From Promethearchaeati archaeon (GTDB lineage Archaea; Asgardarchaeota; Heimdallarchaeia; JABLTI01): DNA of 37,187 nt. The stretch covers positions 1 through 37,187 of the forward strand of contig JABLTI010000017.1 of assembly GCA_013166835.1 (NCBI GenBank), written 5' to 3'. Under the pieces are notes generated by a model that was not told the DNA's origin, made no database searches, and saw only the letters and a list, made by a program, of their open reading frames with translations. The position numbers and the translations under genes are program-made. Shown one piece after another: positions 8,168 to 15,270 of this stretch; the first letter of the stretch is position 1, and the number at the start of each line of letters is the position of its first letter.

Positions 8168-9601
8168 GTGAACCCTATGACAAGTAGATTCCTGAGAATA
8201 TTCAAACCATTCACTCATCTTACGTTTGAAGTAAAAAAACCTGATCGAACAGTTTCCTTTAAGGAAAAATCTGTTTGGACGATTGTCTGTTTAGTGGTTT
8301 ATTTCATCATGATAAGTGTTCCATTGTATGGAATTGAAACAACCGCTGGTCAAGCAGATCCATTCTTTGCTATGAGAGCAATTCTCGCCTCACAAAGAGG
8401 AACATTAGGAGAATTAGGAATAGGACCAATCGTAACTGCTGGTTTGATCATGCAGTTATTAGTCGGTAGCCAAATCATTAAAGTTGATTTTAACAATCCT
8501 GAAGAACGAGCCCTCTATACTGGTGCCCAAAAAGTTTTGAGTGTCGTAATGATTCTCTTCGAGGCTGGTGCCTACATCTTCGGTGGCGCTTATGGAGAAG
8601 ACATCTCCTTAACAACTGGTTCACTCATCTTCTTACAACTGCTGGCAGCTGGGTTATTGGTTATGCTGATGGATGAGCTGATACAGAAAGGCTATGGGTT
8701 AGGTTCAGGAATATCATTATTCATTGCAGCTGGTGTTTCGTTTAATATCTTAAATGGTTTATTCGCTTTCACAGAAGGGATTGGTGCAAATCCCGCTGGA
8801 AAATACTATGGTGCTGTCATAGCATTCTTCTACGGTTTAACACATAATGAGAAATTCATCAATGTAATCTATCGGCCTATAAATCCCGATATTATTGCTT
8901 TTCTGGCTACGATTATTGTTTTCGGTCTGGTTATCTATGTTGAATCGATGCGGATTGAGATACCGATATCGCACGCGAAGTACAAGATACCGGCTCGGTA
9001 TCCCATCAAGTTTCTGTACACGTCTAACATACCGGTAATACTGGCGTCGGCGTTGTTTGCGAATGTGTACTTTATCTCCCAGATTCTGGCAAAAAGGATG
9101 GAAAAAAATCCGATAGTAGATTTACTAGGACGGTGGAATTTCCAGGGTGAACAGCCAATGCCAGAAGGAGGTCTGGTTTATTATACTACGGCTCCGCGGG
9201 GAATCTCACAAGTCATAGATGATCCTATACGGGCTGTAATTTACATCGTAATACTGGTAGGTGCCTGTATGATCTTTTCGGCTATTTGGCTAGAAACAGC
9301 TGGCATGGGTCCGAGAGATGTTGCGAAGCAGCTGTTAGATGCTGATATGCAGATTCCTGGTTTCAGACGAAATCCCAAAGTATTAGAGAAATACCTTGAA
9401 AGATACATTCCTATCGCAGCTTTACTGGGTGGTTTCTTTGTCGGAATTCTAGCAGGAGTTGCGGACTTCCTGGGTGCTCTGGGAACGGGCACGGGTATTC
9501 TGCTGACTACGGGTATTATCAAACAGTATTCAGAAATTATCGCTAAAGAAAGATTAGCAGAAATAAGTCCTGCTGTGCGGGGCTTCCTGGGCATGGAGTA
9601 A
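8168..9601 (+). CDS. secY: Preprotein translocase SecY/Sec61alpha
   Basis: GTLGELGIGPIVTAGLIMQLL, KGYGLGSGISLFIA, YPIKFLYTSNIPVIL and GTGTGILL motifs; about 10 TM segments. Confidence 0.97.
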   Translation: MNPMTSRFLRIFKPFTHLTFEVKKPDRTVSFKEKSVWTIVCLVVYFIMISVPLYGIETTAGQADPFFAMRAILASQRGTLGELGIGPIVTAGLIMQLLVGSQIIKVDFNNPEERALYTGAQKVLSVVMILFEAGAYIFGGAYGEDISLTTGSLIFLQLLAAGLLVMLMDELIQKGYGLGSGISLFIAAGVSFNILNGLFAFTEGIGANPAGKYYGAVIAFFYGLTHNEKFINVIYRPINPDIIAFLATIIVFGLVIYVESMRIEIPISHAKYKIPARYPIKFLYTSNIPVILASALFANVYFISQILAKRMEKNPIVDLLGRWNFQGEQPMPEGGLVYYTTAPRGISQVIDDPIRAVIYIVILVGACMIFSAIWLETAGMGPRDVAKQLLDADMQIPGFRRNPKVLEKYLERYIPIAALLGGFFVGILAGVADFLGALGTGTGILLTTGIIKQYSEIIAKERLAEISPAVRGFLGME

Positions 9602-9663
9602 TCTCCATAGCTCTTTCACCCTTTTTTCCCCTTATGGGAATATCTTTGCGAGGGTAAATAAAA

Positions 9664-9830
9664 GCGGAAGTAGCCAAACTCGGACACTTTTGTGTTCAGG
9701 GGCTAAGTGGTCAACGGCGAAGGACTCAAGATCTCTGGTGATTTCACTGGAATAAAAAAAGTCGTTGATTAAAGGATGAGTAATCCTTTCTCGTAGGAGT
9801 TCGTGCGTTCGAATCGCGCCTTCCGCACCA
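9664..9830 (+). tRNA. tRNA-Leu(CAA) with two introns (9678-9706 and 9731-9782), CCA encoded
   Basis: Acceptor GCGGAAG/CTTCCGC, A73-CCA, anticodon stem AAGGA/TCCTT with loop CT-CAA-G^A, long variable arm TCTCGTAGGAGT, T arm GTGCG-TTCGAAT-CGCGC. Both inserts form BHB-type motifs. Confidence 0.92.
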
Positions 9831-9925
9831 ATTGTTTTTTATAATTTCTACATCATTAATCAGTAGATAGTAAAAGAGAGAAAAGTATATTACAAGTAAT
9901 TATTCATTTATAGTGGGTTATTCAA

Positions 9926-11020
9926 ATGGTGAGTAAGAAAACACTTAGTGTTACTTTGCTAATATTATTATCAACTTTAATTTTTGTTCAATTTAGCATT
10001 TGTGCACAATCAATAAGCAAAACCTATATTCCAAATGGATACAACCAAAATTCTGTTAATCCAACTTTCGATCAAATACACACAAATCAGTTCAATGAAT
10101 CCGCAGAACCAATTACTTGGTTCTATTTGAATATTGGTGTTGTAGTTCTAATTCCTATAGTAATGATTGTACAAACAATTATTGATAAAACAAGAAAGAA
10201 ACCTGATGTTTCGAAAAAGCTAGAAGAAGTGGAAGAAGAAGAAGAAGAAATTGAGGAAATAGAAACAAGAGTAGAACCCTCTAATAAATTCAATCCATTA
10301 CTTCTTAGAATTGGATTTTTTACACTTTTTGTCCAAAACATTATGATTTTACCAATGTTATTAATCTTTATGGCAATGGGTTTAGCTATAACTGTGGGCG
10401 GTCCAGGAGCAAATCCTGGTTTGGAATCCGCTACAACTAGTCTTTTCAGAGCATTCTCAATCGTATACTATCTAGACTTCACTGCAGCATTATTATGTGT
10501 TGTAGGTTTGATATTGTTTTCATTATCAATTAAAGAAAAAGTTCAAGGTTTTGTTGCTTCAAGTTTTTGGCTCCTATGGATTGGAGTTGGAATATATCCA
10601 AGAATCAACTTTGTGACTAGTTTAGGTCTCTTTAATCCAGCACCTGCTGGTGGAGACATCTTTGAGTTCTTTTTAGGCTTCTTTGGTAACACTACATTCC
10701 TATTGACTTGTGGATATGGTTTATTTGCTTTAGCATTATTTTATACAGCAAAAGTATTGGTTTCAAGTGGTAAACTTCAACGTGGTGGTCTTCTTAATGC
10801 TTTTGGACTTGTGAATTTCGTTATAGGTGCTTTTGCAAGTATCTTACTCTTACTTCTATTGACATGGGGATTTCAAATGACTATTGAAGCAATTACAAGT
10901 TTGTCATTTATACTAGCTGCATTTTGGGCATTGAAATTCTTAGCATCACCTATTCTTGGCATGGTTACTGGAATTATAACATTTAATCGTATAGGAAAAG
11001 CAACCAAAATCACGAAATAA
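9926..11020 (+). CDS. Hypothetical polytopic membrane protein with N-terminal signal-like segment and acidic loop
   Basis: Hydrophobic N-terminus, one TM, a poly-Glu stretch (EEVEEEEEEIEEIE), then about 6 TM helices. No family recognised. Confidence 0.75.
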   Translation: MVSKKTLSVTLLILLSTLIFVQFSICAQSISKTYIPNGYNQNSVNPTFDQIHTNQFNESAEPITWFYLNIGVVVLIPIVMIVQTIIDKTRKKPDVSKKLEEVEEEEEEIEEIETRVEPSNKFNPLLLRIGFFTLFVQNIMILPMLLIFMAMGLAITVGGPGANPGLESATTSLFRAFSIVYYLDFTAALLCVVGLILFSLSIKEKVQGFVASSFWLLWIGVGIYPRINFVTSLGLFNPAPAGGDIFEFFLGFFGNTTFLLTCGYGLFALALFYTAKVLVSSGKLQRGGLLNAFGLVNFVIGAFASILLLLLLTWGFQMTIEAITSLSFILAAFWALKFLASPILGMVTGIITFNRIGKATKITK

Positions 11021-11117
11021 ATTCAATTTAAAATGCGAGGAAATTTTCCTCTATTTTCTATTTTTTTTTATAAAATAGATGTTTTCATTTTCAATTAACA
11101 CATCTGTTACTATTTTT

Positions 11118-12314
11118 CTAAAAGAAGGTTCTAAGTCTTGTGAATCGTTTTGGAAATACCTTATCGAATTTTTCCAAATCTTTTTTCTTTATTTTCACTT
11201 TCTTAATTGCCTGTAAATCATATATGGTTCGATATCCAACGAATAATTGAGTAAAAGCTTTGATTTCAGTGGTAAGATCAATATTCTCATCAGTTGTTTC
11301 TGTAACCTTTACTTTTCCGTTCTTAATTGAAACCAATATTGGTTCTGAATTCCATGGGGCATATTCGTCATCAATTTTCATTGAAAAAGTGATGTCTAAT
11401 TTCTGATCGAATTCAAGTAGTTCCATTGCTTTCTTAACATCAATAACTCTAAACATTGGACCGCCAGTCATTTGATACTTAAATTCTCCTTCCCAAAGAT
11501 CATCAAAGTAATCAGTAATCCGTTCATCACCGAGTAAGGGGTAACTGAAATCCTTGTTCTGATCAGTATGTTTTTTAATGTAATCAAAAACAGTAAGACG
11601 AGCTACTTCACTATCCACAATCACGTTTCGCATATTCAATCGAACATTCCAGGGACCTTCTCGTTTCTCTAAGCGAGTTGTAAAGTATCCAATGTATTCA
11701 TCTTCATCCTTGATAACAAATACTTTAGTCTTCTTGCTGGCATGATGATACTTCCAAAATTTTAGGTCATCAAAAATTGTCAAATTAAATTTCGAACCTA
11801 TTTTCTCTCTGATTGGCATGCATATTTTGAATGACTCATCTTGTGAGATTTCTTCAATTTTAAATGGTTTGAAATCTTTTGGAAGTAAAATATTCTTAGG
11901 TGAAGAAATGATCCATTCAAAATCAGCACAATTCTCATAACCATATCTTCGATAAAATGAAAATTTGAAAGGATAAAGTACTGAAATATATTCCTGATTT
12001 CTCCTCATAACCTTGAAAGATTCTCTAGTTAATTCTGTAATTTGTCTTTGTTTGCGAAATTCAGGTTTTGTGGCTACTGCACCAATCCCGCCCATTTTCA
12101 TTAAAACACCCCGAACGAACATTTTGTAACTATGAATTACATAGGTGCTTGCGATTTTACCATCAATAAAGAAACCCAGACAATTATCAAAATCAAGAAT
12201 TGAGAACCACCTTTTCCAATCTTCCTCTGAGGTTTCTCCTCCACCTGCAAAACAGTAGTCCCATAAATCCATGAGTTCTTCTTCGTATTCTTTGGATAAC
12301 TTCTTTATTGTCAA
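11118..12314 (-). CDS. Eis-family GNAT acetyltransferase with C-terminal SCP2-like domain
   Basis: GGIGAVATKPEFRKQ, SVLYPFKFSFYRRYGY, MFRVIDV, DEYAPWN and AFTQLFVGY. Confidence 0.88.
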   Translation of the reverse strand: MTIKKLSKEYEEELMDLWDYCFAGGGETSEEDWKRWFSILDFDNCLGFFIDGKIASTYVIHSYKMFVRGVLMKMGGIGAVATKPEFRKQRQITELTRESFKVMRRNQEYISVLYPFKFSFYRRYGYENCADFEWIISSPKNILLPKDFKPFKIEEISQDESFKICMPIREKIGSKFNLTIFDDLKFWKYHHASKKTKVFVIKDEDEYIGYFTTRLEKREGPWNVRLNMRNVIVDSEVARLTVFDYIKKHTDQNKDFSYPLLGDERITDYFDDLWEGEFKYQMTGGPMFRVIDVKKAMELLEFDQKLDITFSMKIDDEYAPWNSEPILVSIKNGKVKVTETTDENIDLTTEIKAFTQLFVGYRTIYDLQAIKKVKIKKKDLEKFDKVFPKRFTRLRTFF

Positions 12315-12447
12315 CTTTCTAATCTCCGAGTTTTCTGAGGAGATGGTTTTAATAAAATTTATCCAAAATCTGTATATTTCCAGTATTAACTGACTTTGCG
12401 TAAGATTTTTAATGTGAAAGTAAAAACTCAGATATTACTGAATAACA

Positions 12448-12524
12448 GCCGTCGTAGCACAGCCTGGTAGTGCGACTCCTTGGTAAGGAGTAGGTCGTGG
12501 GTTCAAGTCCCATCGACGGCTCCA
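12448..12524 (+). tRNA. tRNA-Thr(GGT), intronless, CCA encoded
   Basis: GCCGTCG/CGACGGC acceptor, GCAC/GTGC D stem, ACTCC-TTGGTAA-GGAGT anticodon arm, GTGGG-TTCAAGT-CCCAT T arm. Confidence 0.96.
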
Positions 12525-12537
12525 GTTCTTTTCTTCT

Positions 12538-12864
12538 TTAATCTCCTTTACTTTCCAAGCTCTGTGGTTCAAACATCAAAACATATGACTTCATAGGACT
12601 TACCGGTCTATGTTCAATTCCTTTTTCAACAACGATCATATCTCCTTCATTCAGTAGCAAGTCCGGAAAACCTTTTCGATGTAAGATGAAGGAACCTTTT
12701 ACCACAAAAAATAATTCATCTTCTTCTTCATGCTTATGGAAAGGATATTCTCCTTCGAATAATGCAAGTCGAACAATTTGATCGTTTAGTTTAGCAACTT
12801 CTACTGGTGTCCATGGTTTTTTGATTTCGAAACGCTTTTGATCTATATTTATTGGTTGATTCAT
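12538..12864 (-). CDS. Cupin domain protein
   Basis: GEYPFHKHEEEDELFFVVKG and GIEHRP cupin motifs. Confidence 0.88.
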   Translation of the reverse strand: MNQPINIDQKRFEIKKPWTPVEVAKLNDQIVRLALFEGEYPFHKHEEEDELFFVVKGSFILHRKGFPDLLLNEGDMIVVEKGIEHRPVSPMKSYVLMFEPQSLESKGD

Positions 12865-13010
12865 AGATTTTTATTCTCTCTTGTTTGTTATAAGATTTCC
12901 TTGAATATTTGCACAAAAAACTCCTTCTATGTATAAGAATTCACTCTATTGGAGTTTTTAACATAAGAATTGAAATTATGATTAAACAGATTTCTGTCGG
13001 TTGATGAAAA

Positions 13011-13967
13011 ATGGTTCATAATATTAATGGCGTTACTAAATTTTTGAAGACAAAAGAAGTCTATAAACAGCATCAACAACAAAACCAATACAACGAAATT
13101 ATTATTTCTCTTAAGCAAAAGAATGAATTTGAATTATTAGAAATTGCAAGAAAAGCAAAGAACCGTCACCATAGGGTTTTTGCTGTCCATCTTTTGGGTA
13201 AGCGAAATAGGAAGAAAGCTGAAATTATTTCTCATCTGCGTAAAATTGTTGCTTATGAGCATCGCTCTGTGAAAAATGAAGCTATTTGGGCTTTAGCAAA
13301 GCTTGGTGATAGAAGCATTCAATCTTTATTATTTGAAATTTACTCCACAAATCTTTCTGAATTAGAAAAAAGCCTGACTGTAAAAATGCTCGGAAAAATT
13401 GGTGATGAAAAATCTATAGAGTTTCTTTTAGAAGTAAGTGCTAATTCCCGGAATTTAACAGGTTTGAATGCAGGTGCTGCCGTACATGAAATAATAGACA
13501 AAATTGGTATACAACCGTTAATATGCTCATTAGAAAATGAAACTGATTTAATACGACAGGAAGCAATTTGGATTCTCTGTGCAAGGTGCAAATTTCTGAG
13601 CAAAAAAAAGGAAAAAAATATCATAATCGAATCGCTAAAAAATAGACTAGATTATGAGAACTCAATTCCTACAAGATTAGCACTTTGTTATAATCTTTCT
13701 ATTCTTAATATTCCTGAGGCTTCACAAGAATTGCTTGTTTTATGTGTTTCCGGAAAAATCCCAACTGAAAGGCAATTATTCTTCCTAAATGAAGTAATTC
13801 GCGCTTTTGTTTATCGTCAAAAAGAATCTTCTCTGAGATTAGTTAAGAAACTAAATACTGCTATCGAGACCGTTGATGCTCGAGGCAGAAATGTTACCAC
13901 AACAAAACTTATTTCTAGATTGGAGAAATCAATAGGAAATTTGGATAAAATATTTGAAATTCTTTAG
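13011..13967 (+). CDS. HEAT/PBS-lyase-like repeat protein
   Basis: Repeated helical motifs VKNEAIWALAKLGD, MLGKIGDEKSIEFLL and LIRQEAIWIL. Confidence 0.75.
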   Translation: MVHNINGVTKFLKTKEVYKQHQQQNQYNEIIISLKQKNEFELLEIARKAKNRHHRVFAVHLLGKRNRKKAEIISHLRKIVAYEHRSVKNEAIWALAKLGDRSIQSLLFEIYSTNLSELEKSLTVKMLGKIGDEKSIEFLLEVSANSRNLTGLNAGAAVHEIIDKIGIQPLICSLENETDLIRQEAIWILCARCKFLSKKKEKNIIIESLKNRLDYENSIPTRLALCYNLSILNIPEASQELLVLCVSGKIPTERQLFFLNEVIRAFVYRQKESSLRLVKKLNTAIETVDARGRNVTTTKLISRLEKSIGNLDKIFEIL

Positions 13968-14008
13968 TACTGAATTATCTCTGAATTCATGGTACAGGAA
14001 AACAAAAG

Positions 14009-14081
14009 GATTAACACAATCATGTTAACTAAGATTTCTTTCTACTAGCTAATCATTCCGCTGATTAACACATCCATGTTA
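14009..14081. repeat. Two 19-bp direct repeats, each a TAACA-N6-TGTTA palindrome
   Basis: GATTAACACAATCATGTTA (14009-14027) and GATTAACACATCCATGTTA (14063-14081), 54 bp apart. Confidence 0.75.
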
Positions 14082-14119
14082 TATTTAACTATTTAAAAGA
14101 TGGTTACCATATATAATAT

Positions 14120-14271
14120 GGCGAATAGGAAGCTATTGTATCTACAAAAAATCAGCAAGGGTATTGGCGTTGATTTTTATGGGGGTGCAATAGAAAAAGA
14201 TGATAAGAAAATAGTCAAGTCTTCCGTACCCATAGAAGCTTGATGACATTCGGAATCGTCGACTATTCGCC
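14120..14271 (+). ncRNA. Candidate structured ncRNA of unknown family
   Basis: 9-bp closing stem GGCGAATAG/CTATTCGCC encloses three hairpins. G-U wobbles favour the + strand. TTTAAA lies about 25 nt upstream and a T-run follows. Confidence 0.55.
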
Positions 14272-14293
14272 CCTTTTTGGTTATGGGGTATTT

Positions 14294-15154
14294 TTACTTG
14301 GTCTTGGTTTCCATACCAAATTCTTTGATTTTCTCTATTACTCGAATTGTCTCGAGAGTTTCTCTCACATCATGAGTTCTAATTAAGCTGGCTCCATGAA
14401 GAATAGCAATACTGGTAGCTCCTAATGAACCATAAAGACGATCTTTTGGGTCTTTTATATCTAATATTTTACCAATGAATGATTTCCTTGAGAGACCTAT
14501 ACAGATGGGTTGCTTCAATTTATCAGTTAACGATTGTAAATGTGTTAAAATATGTGCGTCTATTTTATACCATTTATAATCTTCAATTCTATGAAAACCA
14601 ATATCTGGATCTACGATTATTTTGTCTAATCCGATTCCTGCTTCTTGAGCTACTTTTAGTGAATGTTCTAAAGATGCAATAACTCTCTCTGTAGGATTTC
14701 CTTGAAAACGGTGTAATTGTGTTGCTCCAAGAATTATTGGCACATCAAATTCCACAGCAACCTTTGCCAGCTTAGGATCATCATTTAATCCTGTAACATC
14801 ATTAATCATTGAAGCACCAATTTCTATAGCTGCTTTAGCAACTTTCGCTCGAGTAGTATCTATTGAAAGCGGTTTTTTTACTTCATCGAGAATGATCTTT
14901 AATCCTTTTACAGCTCTTTCACTTTCTTCTTCTGGGGTAATTTCTGTCTTGAGATAAGGTGCGGTACTTTTTGCCCCAACATCAATAATATCTGCTCCTT
15001 CCTTTACTTGTCTTATAGCAGATTGCAGAATACTCCCCGGACCTGTTTTAATTGATCCTTTATAGAAAGATTCAGGACTGAGATTTATTACTCCCATAAT
15101 TTTTACTTGCTCATCTAAACCAATTCTCAATCCATTAGCTTCAACGATTTTCAT
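14294..15154 (-). CDS. folP: Dihydropteroate synthase
   Basis: IMGVINLSPESFY, GADIIDVGAKST, SIDT, MINDVTG, IIVDPDIGF, SRKSFIG and IRTHDV. Confidence 0.93.
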   Translation of the reverse strand: MKIVEANGLRIGLDEQVKIMGVINLSPESFYKGSIKTGPGSILQSAIRQVKEGADIIDVGAKSTAPYLKTEITPEEESERAVKGLKIILDEVKKPLSIDTTRAKVAKAAIEIGASMINDVTGLNDDPKLAKVAVEFDVPIILGATQLHRFQGNPTERVIASLEHSLKVAQEAGIGLDKIIVDPDIGFHRIEDYKWYKIDAHILTHLQSLTDKLKQPICIGLSRKSFIGKILDIKDPKDRLYGSLGATSIAILHGASLIRTHDVRETLETIRVIEKIKEFGMETKTK

Positions 15155-15270
15155 AGATATTACACCTTGTTATCATACAAGAACTAAGACAATAAAAATG
15201 AAACGGATAGCTTTCAAAAGAGTTTTAAGATTCACAACATAACTCATTATCGTCTCTTGAAAGAACAAAT

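Noticed and set aside
9241-9594. 117-aa antisense ORF within secY as the cause of the codon anomaly
   Set aside because: It covers only part of the anomalous region and has no recognisable features; long antisense frames are expected in GC-richer codon stretches.
14009-14081. Mini CRISPR array (repeat, 35-nt spacer, repeat)
   Set aside because: Only two 19-bp imperfect repeats, shorter than typical CRISPR repeats, and no cas genes; an operator pair fits better.
14120-14271. tRNA-Sec because of the 9-bp terminal stem
   Set aside because: No UCA anticodon arm, no G73-CCA, and the length and arm layout do not fit.
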